Origin: Candidatus Portnoybacteria bacterium
GTDB taxonomy: Bacteria > Patescibacteriota > Minisyncoccia > Portnoybacterales > GWB1-42-6
Direction: 5' to 3'
Assembly: GCA_028688325.1 (NCBI GenBank)
Contig: JAQTYI010000004.1
Location: 8,638-72,637 of the forward strand
DNA length: 64,000 bases
The position numbers were made by a program, and so were the translations under genes. Positions 1 to 9,747 of the stretch are shown one piece after another. Under the pieces are notes generated by a model that searched no databases, was not told the origin of the DNA, and saw only the letters and a list, made by a program, of their open reading frames with translations. Numbering within the stretch: the first letter of the stretch is position 1; every line of letters begins with the position of its first letter.

Positions 1-300
1 TCGCTTGGCCGGAATGCCGTTTTTGATATCGATCAGCAGGTGGCGCAGGATATCATTTTCCAAGCCCAGGAATTTTTTCAATTCGTCCATCTTTTCCGGC
101 TCGGCCGAAAATTCGACCGCGACATAAAAGCCGCCGGATTGTTTATTGATAGGGTAGCTTAAGCGTTTCTTGTCGGTGATATATTCTTTTTTGACCGTGC
201 CGGCCATCTGGCCCGTGATGAAAGAGCGGACTTTCGCCGCCACTGCGTTGGTATCCGGTTCGCTTGAAGCCGGGCTGATGATGTAGGTTAATTCGTACAT
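1..300 (-). CDS. rpsF: 30S ribosomal protein S6 (3' end runs off the window)
   Basis: Hand translation from ATG at 300: MYELTYIISP...KKRLSYPINKQSGGFY...ENDILRHLLI, with S6 motifs YE-x-x-x-I, R-L-x-Y-P-I and ILRHL; downstream of ychF. Absent from the ORF track because it is truncated. Confidence 0.92.
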   Translation of the reverse strand, partial: MYELTYIISPASSEPDTNAVAAKVRSFITGQMAGTVKKEYITDKKRLSYPINKQSGGFYVAVEFSAEPEKMDELKKFLGLENDILRHLLIDIKNGIPAKR

Positions 301-408
301 AGCATCCAAATAGCGCAAAGTCCTTCGCCCCGCTCAGGACATTATCCGAAAGCGCCCATCCGAATTCCATTAGGAGCATTCGGATGTGATTCGTAGATTC
401 GGATCGCT

Positions 409-1482
409 TTAATTAGTTTTAAATTCTATCACATCCCCATCTTTGACCACATATTCTTTGCCCTCTGTCTTGAGAATGCCGGTTTCTCTAACTTTGGCCC
501 AAGAGCCGGCCTTGAGCAAATCCTCCCAAAAAACAACATCCGCCCGAATAAATCCTTTCTCAAAGTCGGAATGGATTTTGCCGGCGGCCTGGGGAGCTTT
601 GCATCCTGTGGGTATAGTCCAAGCGCGAGTTTCGTCCTCGCCCGTGGTTAGGAATGTTTCAAGTCCAAGTAGAGTATAGCAGGCGGAAATCAATTCGTCA
701 AGACAATTTTTAGGGTGGGGCAGGGCCGTCCGCATTTCCTCGGCTTCTTCGGCGTTAAGCTCGGAAAGCTCGTTTTCCAGCTTTATATCGATTTCCAGGG
801 CCGGTTTGGCTTTGGCCGGGTAATTTAGGATGGTTTTGTCGGAAGAGCAGTTTATGATGTATAAAACCGGCTTGGCACTGAGAAGGTTTAGGGCCTTTAA
901 AAACTCCGCTTCTTTGTCGTTAATTTCCAGGTCTTTGGCCGGTTTGCCTTCTTCCAAAAAGGGGATGAGGCGCAGCAACAGCGCGTGTTCCAGTGCGGCG
1001 TCTTTGTCGCCGCCTTTCATGTTTTTTTCCACTTTGGGCGCGTGTTTTTGCAAGGTGTCCAAGTCCTTTAATATCAATTCCAGAGAAATAACTTCGATGT
1101 CGTCGGCCGGTCTGGGCTTGGCCTCGACATGAACGATGTTGGAGTCCTCAAAAGCTCGCACAACTTGAATGATGGCATCCGCTTCGCGAATATTGGCCAA
1201 AAATTGATTGCCGAGCCCCTCGCCTTTGCTGGCTCCTTTGACGAGCCCGGCGATATCCGTGAACTGGATGGCCGTTGGCACGATTTTTTTGGAATCGGAC
1301 ATTTTGGCCAAAAGGTCCAGCCGTTTGTCGGGGACCTCAACAATGCCCACATTGGGTTCAATGGTGCAGAAGGGATAATTTTGGATATCAACAGCACGCT
1401 TTGTCAGTGCTTTAAAAAGAGTTGATTTTCCGACATTGGGAAGGCCCACAATTCCGACAGAAAGCAAAATAATATTACTCAT
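409..1482 (-). CDS. ychF: Redox-regulated ATPase YchF (Obg family)
   Basis: [44 protein letters not shown] and a TGS C-terminus. Start moved to ATG 1482 because the ORF extension to 1587 is repeat DNA. Confidence 0.96.
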   Translation of the reverse strand: MSNIILLSVGIVGLPNVGKSTLFKALTKRAVDIQNYPFCTIEPNVGIVEVPDKRLDLLAKMSDSKKIVPTAIQFTDIAGLVKGASKGEGLGNQFLANIREADAIIQVVRAFEDSNIVHVEAKPRPADDIEVISLELILKDLDTLQKHAPKVEKNMKGGDKDAALEHALLLRLIPFLEEGKPAKDLEINDKEAEFLKALNLLSAKPVLYIINCSSDKTILNYPAKAKPALEIDIKLENELSELNAEEAEEMRTALPHPKNCLDELISACYTLLGLETFLTTGEDETRAWTIPTGCKAPQAAGKIHSDFEKGFIRADVVFWEDLLKAGSWAKVRETGILKTEGKEYVVKDGDVIEFKTN

Positions 1483-1483
1483 G

Positions 1484-1622
1484 TTGTCATTCCGAGCCCC
1501 GCATCCAAAATCATAGATTTTTGGTGCGGGATAAACTCCGCGAGGAATCTCGCGGGAGCGTAGCGATCCGCGCAACAGATCTGGCATCCGCCAGAGATCC
1601 TTCGCTTCGCTCAGGATGACAA
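1484..1622. repeat. Composite palindromic (REP/MITE-like) element, TTGTCAT...ATGACAA family
   Basis: Terminal inverted repeats ttgtcattccgagc / gctcaggatgacaa with internal hairpins; left 67 bp near-identical at 14724, 16670 and 25491. Confidence 0.9.
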
Positions 1623-1675
1623 ATGGAGTGATTTTAATTGGTAAACTGTTTGTATGCTATAATAAAATTACCTTT

Positions 1676-3034
1676 ATGTCTAATATAAACTCATCAATAT
1701 TCAAGGCCTACGACATTCGCGGAGTGTATCCGGACGAAATAAACGAAGACGCGGCGTATAAAATCGGCCAAGCGTTTGTTAAATTCCTGGAGAACGAAGG
1801 CCGGGTCGGCAACAGGCAGATAGTGGTTGGCCGCGACGCCAGGGAGTCGTCGCAAGACCTCTTTGACGCGCTAACGCAAGGCCTATTGAGCCAGGGCGCG
1901 GATATCATTGATATTGGTGAAGTTTCCACGCCGCTTTTTTATTGGGCCATCATAAACCAGTCGGCGGCCGGCGGAATTATGATAACCGCTTCCCATAATC
2001 CCGCCCAATTCAACGGGTTTAAAATTTGCGCGAGCCAAGCCCGTTCCATTGGACTGGAGAATGGTCTATCTAAAATACGAGATCTGGCCGCAGGGTCTGA
2101 TTTTACGGTTGGGGCGGTCGTCGGCAAGGCAACGGAAAAAAACTCCTTGTCCGGTTATATTGATTTTGTTTTAGAAAATTTTGCCGTTAAAGAATTAGCT
2201 CCCACGAAGGTCGTTATCGATTGCGGCAACGGCATGGCGGGTCCGGAGATTTTGGAGATAATAAAAAAACTGCCCTGGCAAACGGAAGTTTTATACGCTG
2301 AGCCCGACGGCCGCTTTCCAAACCACGAAGCCAATCCCATAAAAGAAGAAACTCTGGCCGTCTTAAAAGAAAAAGTTTTATCCGGCAAGGCGGATCTGGG
2401 CGTGGCTTTTGACGGCGACGGCGACAGGGTGGCTTTTTTGGACGAAAAAGGGGGGCTGGTACGCGGCGATTTTATTACCGCTCTGATAGCAAGGGAGATT
2501 CTGAAAAAAGAACCGGGACAAAAGATATTTTATGAAGTCAGAACGAGTAAAATTGTGCCGGAAATCGTTAAGGCAAACGGGGGAGTCCCTGTTTTGGGCC
2601 GGCCGGGCCACGCGCCGATAAAAGAACAGATGCGCAAGGAGGACATATTGTTTGGCGGGGAGCTTTCCGGCCATTATTTTTACAAAAAATTCGGTTTTAT
2701 AGAAAATACGCTTTTTACCATGCTGGAGATGGCGCGCGTCATTTATATTGAACAAAAATCGTTATCGGAAATCATCGCGCCGCTCAAAAAATATTTCGTT
2801 TCGGGCGAAATAAATTTCAAGGTTGGGGAGCCCGATAAAATTTTGGCGGATATTGAACAAAAATACAGCGGCGCGGAAATCAAAAAGATAGGTGGTTTGA
2901 CTGTCATTTATCCTGATTGGTGGTTCAATCTGCGCAAGTCCAACACCGAACCCCTGGTGCGGCTGAATATGGAGGCGGATAGCGCAGAACTGCTGGAAGA
3001 GAAAAAAAGAGAAGTGGTTGATCTGATAAAATAA
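1676..3034 (+). CDS. Phosphomannomutase/phosphoglucomutase
   Basis: FKAYDIRG, ITASHNP (phosphoserine), FDGDGDR metal loop, GELSGH, RKSNTEP; extended -10 tgctataat just upstream. Confidence 0.95.
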   Translation: MSNINSSIFKAYDIRGVYPDEINEDAAYKIGQAFVKFLENEGRVGNRQIVVGRDARESSQDLFDALTQGLLSQGADIIDIGEVSTPLFYWAIINQSAAGGIMITASHNPAQFNGFKICASQARSIGLENGLSKIRDLAAGSDFTVGAVVGKATEKNSLSGYIDFVLENFAVKELAPTKVVIDCGNGMAGPEILEIIKKLPWQTEVLYAEPDGRFPNHEANPIKEETLAVLKEKVLSGKADLGVAFDGDGDRVAFLDEKGGLVRGDFITALIAREILKKEPGQKIFYEVRTSKIVPEIVKANGGVPVLGRPGHAPIKEQMRKEDILFGGELSGHYFYKKFGFIENTLFTMLEMARVIYIEQKSLSEIIAPLKKYFVSGEINFKVGEPDKILADIEQKYSGAEIKKIGGLTVIYPDWWFNLRKSNTEPLVRLNMEADSAELLEEKKREVVDLIK

Positions 3035-3073
3035 ATATTCGTGATATCTGATATCACAAATATTGCCAGAAAT

Positions 3074-3107
3074 AAAAAAAGGCCTCGCGGATAATGCCGG
3101 GGCCTTT
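3074..3107 (-). terminator. Intrinsic terminator between convergent genes
   Basis: aaaggcctcg...cggggccttt stem with an A-tract (U-tract on the minus strand). Confidence 0.6.
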
Positions 3108-3127
3108 GTGTTCATCTCAAGGAAGGG

Positions 3128-3310
3128 TTATTTTTCTGTCGGGGTGCGGTCGCTGGAGGTCGCTTTATTGATCAATAAAAAAACTAATATGAAAACAATG
3201 ACGAGAAAAACCACTACTGCCAAAAATTTACTGAATGTCAATATGGATATTCTTGTTTCTTCTACTCTGTAAATCGCGTCAATAATTTCCGCATAAACCG
3301 AATTAAACAT
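3128..3310 (-). CDS. Small single-TM hypothetical protein
   Basis: 60 aa, hydrophobic stretch FLAVVVFLVIVFILVFLLI, strong SD AAGGAGGTGA upstream. Confidence 0.6.
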   Translation of the reverse strand: MFNSVYAEIIDAIYRVEETRISILTFSKFLAVVVFLVIVFILVFLLINKATSSDRTPTEK

Positions 3311-3447
3311 AAAATCACCTCCTTGTGGTTTACAAAATTTTTTATGAAAAGAACGATTCTTTAAATCCGCATCTAAGCCCTGTATAAAAAATACGGGGCT
3401 GGAATTCGGGTTTAAATATAAATTACAAGGTCAAGTATAAACACAAT

Positions 3448-3532
3448 TGTCATCCCGGGCTTGACCCGGGATCCAGGCCCCTGGATTCCCGCTTTCAGTT
3501 TACCCCGCACTTGATGCGGGGCGGGAATGACA
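3448..3532. repeat. Palindromic element GTCATCCCGGGCTTGACCCGGG...GCGGGAATGAC
   Basis: Terminal IR tgtcatccc/gggaatgaca plus three internal hairpins; half-copies lie inside uvrA. Confidence 0.85.
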
Positions 3533-3650
3533 GTTGAAAGTATTTATACTTCTATTAACACAGGCAGAACCACCCCGTAAAATTTCGCTGCGCGAAATCA
3601 CGGGGCGAGACGCGGTATTATAATGCTGGCAGGCGCGTCCGTGTTAGTTT

Positions 3651-5516
3651 TTATACCTCTATCAGTACTGGCAGAACCATAGGCCTTCGCTCGGTTTTAG
3701 TGTATAAGAATTGGCCTATTTTGTCACGCACCTGGTCTTTTATGTAGTCCTCATTGAGCGGGCCTTTGGCGCCGATCGAGTGGTGCACTATTTCTTTGAC
3801 TTTCTGGCGCACCTGGTAAAGTAATTCTTTGGACTCGCGCATATAAATAAATCCGCGGGAGATTATGTCGGGGCTGTTGCGCACTTGGCGAGTTTGCGTA
3901 TCTATCGTGACGATGACCACGAACATTCCGTCCTGTGCCATGGCCTGGCGGTCGCGCAAAACGACTTGGCCGATATCGCCAACACCCAATCCGTCAACGA
4001 ATACATAGCCCGTGGGCACTTTTTTGTTGTGGATCTTGGGCTCGCCGGTGCTGGCAAATTCCAAAACAGCTCCATTATCCAAAACGAAGATATTGGCCTT
4101 GTGCATGCCGACTTCCACGGCCAGCTTGGCCGCTTCTTTGAGCATGTAGTGATTTCCGTAGACCGGAATAAAAAAATCCGGTTTTATTTGCCCGATTATT
4201 TCTTTGATGTTCTGGGCGTTGCAGTGGCCGCTGGTATGCACATCCATAATGTCGGTGTGAATTACATTGTCGGATTGGCGGTAGAGATTATCTTTCAGAC
4301 GCTGGACCGTGCGCTCGTTTCCGGGAATTACGGAAGAGGAAAAAATAATGGTGTCTTGTTTGCGCACTTTGATGAAGCGGTGGTCGCCGGCAACAATGCG
4401 CGAAAGAACCGCGTTGCCTTCGCCCTGCGCGCCGGTGCAAATGATGATTATCTTATTGTCCGGATATTTGTGCAGGTCGTTGACCGTGATTAGGGTTTCC
4501 TTGTCAACTTTGATATAGCTCAGCTCCTTGGCGATTTCCACATTCATTTTCATACTGAAGCCGTCCAGCGCGACTTTTTTGCCGACTGTCTTGGCGTATT
4601 CCAGAATATGGCCCACGCGCCGGATCTGCGAAGCAAATGTGCCGATGATGACTTTGCCGGTCGCTTCGTTGATAAGTTTTTCCAAATTGGCATACATTTC
4701 TTTTTCGGTGACATGGCTTGTGCTCATATCGGTGGCGCCCAAGCTTTCAAGCATGAGGACTTTAGGGCCGGGCAGCGCGGCCAGGTGCGCATAAGAAAGC
4801 AATTTGCCGCTGATGGGATCTTTGTCCATGGTCCAGTCGCCGGGATGCACGACCGTGACCGAAGGGGTCTGCAATATTACGCCGACCGCGTCCATTATGG
4901 AATGTTCAACATCGAAAAAACTCAGATTGAAATTGCCCAGGTGTATTTTGTCTTGGATGGATTTGACGGGAATTATGTCCAGGCGCTTGGCGGAGCTTTT
5001 TTCATAGTCCTCCAGCCGTTTTTTTATCAAAGCGATGGTCAGGTCGCGCCCGATGATAGGCGGGTAATTCAGTTTTTGAAGCAATATGGGAGCTGCGCCG
5101 ATATGGTCCAAGTGGCCATGGCTGAAGATCACGGCTTGGATATCTTTTTCTCTGCCTTGCAGGTATGAAATGTTGGGAATGATGTAGTCGATTCCCGGCA
5201 TATCTTCTTCGGGGAATTGCACGCCCATATCCAAAATAACGATATCTTTGCCGTATTCAAAGATGGTCATGTTGCGGCCGACTTCTTCCTGGCCGCCCAA
5301 AGGAATTATTTTCAGGGTATTTTCGCCCTTGTTCTTATAGTCGTTTATACCGGCGTCGCTCGGGCCCGCTTGTCCGTGGCTGCCGGAATAACCGGTTCTT
5401 TTCTGACCCGGTTTCTTGCCGCGCGGGCGAAATCTGGCGGCCGCTCCGCTTCGATGAGTCGAAGGAGAAACGGGCCGGCTCGCTTGCGAGCGAGGTATGT
5501 TTGTTTGAGGTGTCAT
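3651..5516 (-). CDS. rnj: Ribonuclease J with a basic, disordered N-terminal extension
   Basis: IIPLGGQEEVGRNM, HGHLDHIG metallo-beta-lactamase motif, CTGAQGE, HTSGH, RRPMVLPVLIEV. Confidence 0.96.
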   Translation of the reverse strand: MTPQTNIPRSQASRPVSPSTHRSGAAARFRPRGKKPGQKRTGYSGSHGQAGPSDAGINDYKNKGENTLKIIPLGGQEEVGRNMTIFEYGKDIVILDMGVQFPEEDMPGIDYIIPNISYLQGREKDIQAVIFSHGHLDHIGAAPILLQKLNYPPIIGRDLTIALIKKRLEDYEKSSAKRLDIIPVKSIQDKIHLGNFNLSFFDVEHSIMDAVGVILQTPSVTVVHPGDWTMDKDPISGKLLSYAHLAALPGPKVLMLESLGATDMSTSHVTEKEMYANLEKLINEATGKVIIGTFASQIRRVGHILEYAKTVGKKVALDGFSMKMNVEIAKELSYIKVDKETLITVNDLHKYPDNKIIIICTGAQGEGNAVLSRIVAGDHRFIKVRKQDTIIFSSSVIPGNERTVQRLKDNLYRQSDNVIHTDIMDVHTSGHCNAQNIKEIIGQIKPDFFIPVYGNHYMLKEAAKLAVEVGMHKANIFVLDNGAVLEFASTGEPKIHNKKVPTGYVFVDGLGVGDIGQVVLRDRQAMAQDGMFVVIVTIDTQTRQVRNSPDIISRGFIYMRESKELLYQVRQKVKEIVHHSIGAKGPLNEDYIKDQVRDKIGQFLYTKTERRPMVLPVLIEV

Positions 5517-5635
5517 AAATTTTATCGCTGCTTTTCTGTCAGGAGAAAAATAGCCAAAAGGCCTGCGCCCGCGGCAATCCTCAGAGAGAGGGTCCTTGGA
5601 CTTTTTTATTTAGATTAAAATTAAGATGATAGTTG

Positions 5636-5717
5636 TGGGGATGGAGAGATTTGAACTCTCACGCCTTGCGGTATACGCTCCTGAAGCGTACGCGTCTGCC
5701 AGTTCCGCCACATCCCC
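5636..5717 (-). tRNA. tRNA-Leu(CAG), CCA not encoded
   Basis: Reverse complement GGGGATGTGGCGGAACTGGCAGACGCG-TACGC-TTCAGGA-GCGTA, long variable arm, GAGAGTTCAAATCTCTC-CATCCCC-A folds as a cloverleaf. Confidence 0.95.
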
Positions 5718-5954
5718 TCGATTTATTATGAGAATATACGAGTTCTAAATTATGCTTTCAGTCCATTATTTCAAATCTTTTAGTTTCGCCCGGATAACCA
5801 GTATCTTACAGGCCAAGAAATACAAATAGACAAATAAAGCATAATTCAAAACTCGTCTGCATAGACGAAAATATAAAACGATGATCAAGCCCGAGAGCGG
5901 GCTTTAAACCGAACATATATATGGCCTTGCGCCATGAGAGTTATTGACCGTCAG

Positions 5955-5983
5955 AGTGTATCACAGATTAAAACAAAAGTCAA
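5955..5983 (-). promoter_or_regulatory. Sigma70 promoter for tRNA-Leu/rnj
   Basis: Minus strand TTGACT-17 bp-TACACT with an extended TG. Confidence 0.6.
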
Positions 5984-5998
5984 TAGCTGGCGCAAAAA

Positions 5999-7006
5999 TC
6001 ATTCTTTCAGCCGTTTTTTCATTTCTTCCACCATCGTCACAGGCGTCGGGTCGGTACCGTAAAAAAGAGCCAGATGATACGAAAGCCAATCGCTGAAACT
6101 GGAAGCCCAGAATATCTTTTCCGGAGGATTATCGCCGATGATATCAATGAATTCTACCGGCATATTCAGCGATCTCAAAAGGTCGGCCGTGACCTCTATC
6201 CGTTTTTTTATCCTTGGCAGGTCGTCTTTGTCGCGCAGGAAGATTATGGAAAAGGAGCCCAGGTTTTTCGTCCAGCCCGCCATCTCGTTATGGTTCATTT
6301 CCGGCAAGGAATTATAGAAGGCGGGAATTTTGGCGTTCTCGTTCAGTTTTATTTTCCAGAGGCGCGCCAGAACCCGGTTGTTCTGAGAGGCATAGATAAC
6401 GGGAATCTTGTGGTCGAGCTTGGCGGAAAGCATTTTTGCCTGGTTTTCCAGGTTCGCCGGTATCACTTTTTCGGGTAAAGACGCGATGGCATGATGGGCG
6501 TCGGAAGTTAGCAGGCCGTAGGCCATCAGGATTTTAACCATGGCGGCCAGCTGATAGCCCAGGGAAGTGCGGGGCGGAATATCATCTTGCGGGATTTTTA
6601 CCCAGGGTGTTTTGAATTTTTGAAAAAGCTCCCCGAGTTCTCCTCCGCAAGTGATGCCAGCGACTTCAAAATTCATTTCCCGGGCTTTATCGAAAGCGGA
6701 AAGCACTTCTTCCGTTTGGCCCGAATATGAAACGCAAAGCACCAGAGTTTTTTCATCGGTGTCGGCGGGCAAGCCGTAGGAGCGGTGCGTGAGAATGGGA
6801 ATTTTTGGCGATAAGGGCTTAAAGCCGGAGCTTAGAAAATACGAAAAGAAATCATCCATCAAGGCCGAGCCGCCCATGCCGCAGATAAGTATCTTGTCAA
6901 AGGGCCGGCGTATCAAGCGCAGTTCATTGAAAAAAATTAGAGGCGCGTTGATTTGCCGGACGGAATTTATGATCACTTCTCTTAAGTTTGATTTATCCAC
7001 CTCCAT
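5999..7006 (-). CDS. Bifunctional phosphoglucose/phosphomannose isomerase (SIS)
   Basis: GMGGSA, SYSGQTEE, PPRTSL, NENAK, PEMNHNE motifs. Confidence 0.92.
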   Translation of the reverse strand: MEVDKSNLREVIINSVRQINAPLIFFNELRLIRRPFDKILICGMGGSALMDDFFSYFLSSGFKPLSPKIPILTHRSYGLPADTDEKTLVLCVSYSGQTEEVLSAFDKAREMNFEVAGITCGGELGELFQKFKTPWVKIPQDDIPPRTSLGYQLAAMVKILMAYGLLTSDAHHAIASLPEKVIPANLENQAKMLSAKLDHKIPVIYASQNNRVLARLWKIKLNENAKIPAFYNSLPEMNHNEMAGWTKNLGSFSIIFLRDKDDLPRIKKRIEVTADLLRSLNMPVEFIDIIGDNPPEKIFWASSFSDWLSYHLALFYGTDPTPVTMVEEMKKRLKE

Positions 7007-7095
7007 GATGCGGATTTAAATTTAAAGCGAATTTTGTCCCGCGGTGGCGGGACGCGCAAGTTGGCGCGAATAAATTCGTTTTATATCAGCTTGAA

Positions 7096-8874
7096 TTAGA
7101 GCTTAATCGTATTTTTAAATACCCTGTGCGTCTTCAGATACCACAGGTTCAGTTGCGATAAGCGCGAAGAGGGCGAGTCCAGATTTTGAAGATTTATTCC
7201 CAAGATTTTCTTTTTGGCGGTTACCAGGTAATCGGGGCTGAAAAGAAACACAGCCGGAAGATCGTTCACGATTAGATTGGCAATTTTTTGATTTTTTTGC
7301 GCCCGAGAGTTTTTGTCCAGGTCTTCCGCGGCGGAAGATAAAAGCTTGTCGGCTTCCGGGTTGCCGTAGAGCGCCAAGTTTAGGCCCGATTCCGTTTTCT
7401 GCGAGGAGTGCCAGAAATAGAACAAGTCCGGTTCTTTGCCCAGCACCTCGCCGAAGAGCAATGCCTGGTATTGGCGGGGCTTGATCGCATCATTTTGTAT
7501 CTTGGCCGTTTCTATTATTTTCAGAACGACGCTGACTCCGGCCTTGCCCCATTGCTCTTTCAAAATTTCCGCCACGCGGGAAAGTTCCGGCCAGTCAATG
7601 GTGGTCATCGTGATTTCCAGTTTCTCGTTCTTTTTGCCAAGCTCCAGGATGCCGTCGCCGTCCGCATCTTTCCAGCCGGCCGCGGCCAGGATGGTTTTGG
7701 CTTGTTCCAGTGAAAAGCCGAGTGATTTTATCTGGTCCGAATATCCGGTCATACCCGGGAGAAGCGGGGAATCGGCAATTTGACCGTAGCCGCCGAAAAC
7801 GGAGTCGATTATTGCTTTTTTGTCGGTGGCCAAGTCGAGCGCTTGGCGCACGGCCTTGTCGGCTAAAAATTTATTTTGGTTTTGATTGAAAAAAACAGCG
7901 AAATAACGCGGCAAACTCAAAGGATAGATATTAATATTGCTGTTAGCTTTGTTTTTCAGGTCGACGAAATTTTTAGCGGAAACAAAACCGAAAAGATCCG
8001 CGCCATCTTTTTTATAGGCGGTGAAAGCGTCATTTTCCGCGGGATAAAAATAAAAGGTCAATGAGTCGATGAACGCTTCACCCGCAAAATATTTGTCGAA
8101 CGCTTTAAGTTCGATGCTTTTAATCGTTCCATTCTTGTCTTTTTGTAATTTTTCGAAACGGTATGGCCCCGAACCGACCGGTTTCAGATTGAGCTCGCTG
8201 AGGGCGAATTGCGACGGCGCAACATTGCCCCAAAGGTGCTTGGGCAGAACACCGAAGGCCAAGTTATTAAGAAAGGATACATAAACATTTTTTAGGCGGA
8301 AACGGATGACGCGGTCGCTCGCTTTTTCTGCTTCAATGCCTTGCCACAAGCCGCGGATGGGGCTGCGGTAATCCAGGTTTTGGATTGTTTGGACGGTAAA
8401 CAGGACATCTTCGGCGGAAAGCGGCTGGCCGTCGTGCCATTTTACATTTTCCTTGAGAGTTATTTCATAAGTTTTGCCGTTGTCTCCGATGGAATATTTT
8501 TCAGCCAGATCGTTGACCAAATTTCCCTGGGAATCATACTTCATCAGGCCGGAAAAAATAAGCGCGGACAAGTCCTTATCGGCGTCGTTTATCTGATTTA
8601 GGACGGGATTCAAGAACCGGGGCGAGCCGACGATGCCGATGTTAATGGCGCCGCCATGATCGGGCCGCACCTCGGTGGCGAATAAATAAAGCCGATAGCT
8701 TAAAATAAAAAATCCGATTAGCGCCAGGAGCGCGAATACGGCCAGCCAGTGCCGTTCTCGGCGATTGGAAATGGAAAAAAATTGCCGCCATTGGTTTGCA
8801 GCCGGCCACTGGAATTCCGCCCGCCAATTATTGAATTTTTCAAGAAGTGCGCGAATGGGAGTTAAATTGGAGAA
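7096..8874 (-). CDS. Peptide ABC transporter substrate-binding protein (family 5) with N-terminal TM anchor; start codon unresolved
   Basis: WHDGQPLSAEDV, PVGSGPY, VRQAL. The frame stays open from 8670 up to the secG stop and encodes the TM anchor WLAVFALLALIGFFIL. Confidence 0.88.
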   Translation of the reverse strand, partial: FSNLTPIRALLEKFNNWRAEFQWPAANQWRQFFSISNRRERHWLAVFALLALIGFFILSYRLYLFATEVRPDHGGAINIGIVGSPRFLNPVLNQINDADKDLSALIFSGLMKYDSQGNLVNDLAEKYSIGDNGKTYEITLKENVKWHDGQPLSAEDVLFTVQTIQNLDYRSPIRGLWQGIEAEKASDRVIRFRLKNVYVSFLNNLAFGVLPKHLWGNVAPSQFALSELNLKPVGSGPYRFEKLQKDKNGTIKSIELKAFDKYFAGEAFIDSLTFYFYPAENDAFTAYKKDGADLFGFVSAKNFVDLKNKANSNINIYPLSLPRYFAVFFNQNQNKFLADKAVRQALDLATDKKAIIDSVFGGYGQIADSPLLPGMTGYSDQIKSLGFSLEQAKTILAAAGWKDADGDGILELGKKNEKLEITMTTIDWPELSRVAEILKEQWGKAGVSVVLKIIETAKIQNDAIKPRQYQALLFGEVLGKEPDLFYFWHSSQKTESGLNLALYGNPEADKLLSSAAEDLDKNSRAQKNQKIANLIVNDLPAVFLFSPDYLVTAKKKILGINLQNLDSPSSRLSQLNLWYLKTHRVFKNTIKL

Positions 8875-9111
8875 TTAGTATTTTGCCGAAACGAGAATAG
8901 AGGCGACAGCCAAAGCGATAAAGGCGACCGCCAAAATAATAATGGCGGCAAACAGGACCTTTTCAAAGCCGCGCCTGGCGTAATATGCCGAGCCGCCTCC
9001 GCCGCCGGTGATGGCGGAAGATCCCGCGCCCCGCTGTTGCAGCAAGACGCCGATAATGAGTAAAACGGAAATTATAGCTTGAGCTATGGCGATAATTTTA
9101 GGTAAATTCAT
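8875..9111 (-). CDS. secG: Preprotein translocase subunit SecG
   Basis: Two TMs flanking VLLQQRGAG...GGG...RRGFEK. Confidence 0.9.
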   Translation of the reverse strand: MNLPKIIAIAQAIISVLLIIGVLLQQRGAGSSAITGGGGGSAYYARRGFEKVLFAAIIILAVAFIALAVASILVSAKY

Positions 9112-9215
9112 GAATTTACGCGATCCCAATCTGCGAATAACATACGAATGCAGCGAATAAATTCATTTATGGTGAGTTTATCGAACCATTCGGATAATTC
9201 GGATGGGATTTAAGA

Positions 9216-9605
9216 TTATTCGGATCGCTTCTTTCTTATAAATAATTCAACGATCCAGTTAACGACGCTCACAATGACCGTTCCCCAAAAATAAGCCCAG
9301 AAACCAGCTATCATCAATTCCGGTATGAACTGCGACAAGAGCCAGAGCAACGCCATATTGATGACGATGGTAAAAAGCCCCAGCGTGAGAATGATGAAAG
9401 GAAAAGATACCAGCTTTAGGATCGGTTTTAAAATAGCATTGAATATCGCCAATATCAAGCCCGCGAGCAACAATAACTTCCAATCCTGCGCTTGATGCGG
9501 GAAGTCGAAACCGACAACAAAATAAGCGGCTAAATAAATAGCCAACGCATTGGCCAATATTCTGACTAAAAAACGCATCATACCGGGCAGTAGAAATTCG
9601 GCCAT
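9216..9605 (-). CDS. 4-TM YvlD/'phage holin family' membrane protein
   Basis: N-x-x-LKPILKL-x-x-FP-x-x-ILTLGLF-x-x-VIN motif. Confidence 0.85.
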   Translation of the reverse strand: MAEFLLPGMMRFLVRILANALAIYLAAYFVVGFDFPHQAQDWKLLLLAGLILAIFNAILKPILKLVSFPFIILTLGLFTIVINMALLWLLSQFIPELMIAGFWAYFWGTVIVSVVNWIVELFIRKKRSE

Positions 9606-9747
9606 ATGAAATTATTTTTTTGAGAACATAATTTATACGGTCAATTTTCTGATTTTATTAATTTGCCAAGCAATAAACGACAAAATAAATTGCCGAATTT
9701 TCACTGCCCGGCATATTTTATGATATTAGCATAACAGCGTTGCGCGG

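Noticed and set aside
1483-1587. ORF-track N-terminal extensions of YchF (also GroES 16194, DnaG 25631, UvrA 11704, GIY-YIG 19399/19716)
   Set aside because: They translate repeat, promoter or tRNA DNA upstream of the conserved protein start.
9216-9605. Prophage suggested by the 'phage holin' family gene
   Set aside because: This membrane family is common in chromosomes; no phage structural, lysin or integrase genes are nearby.
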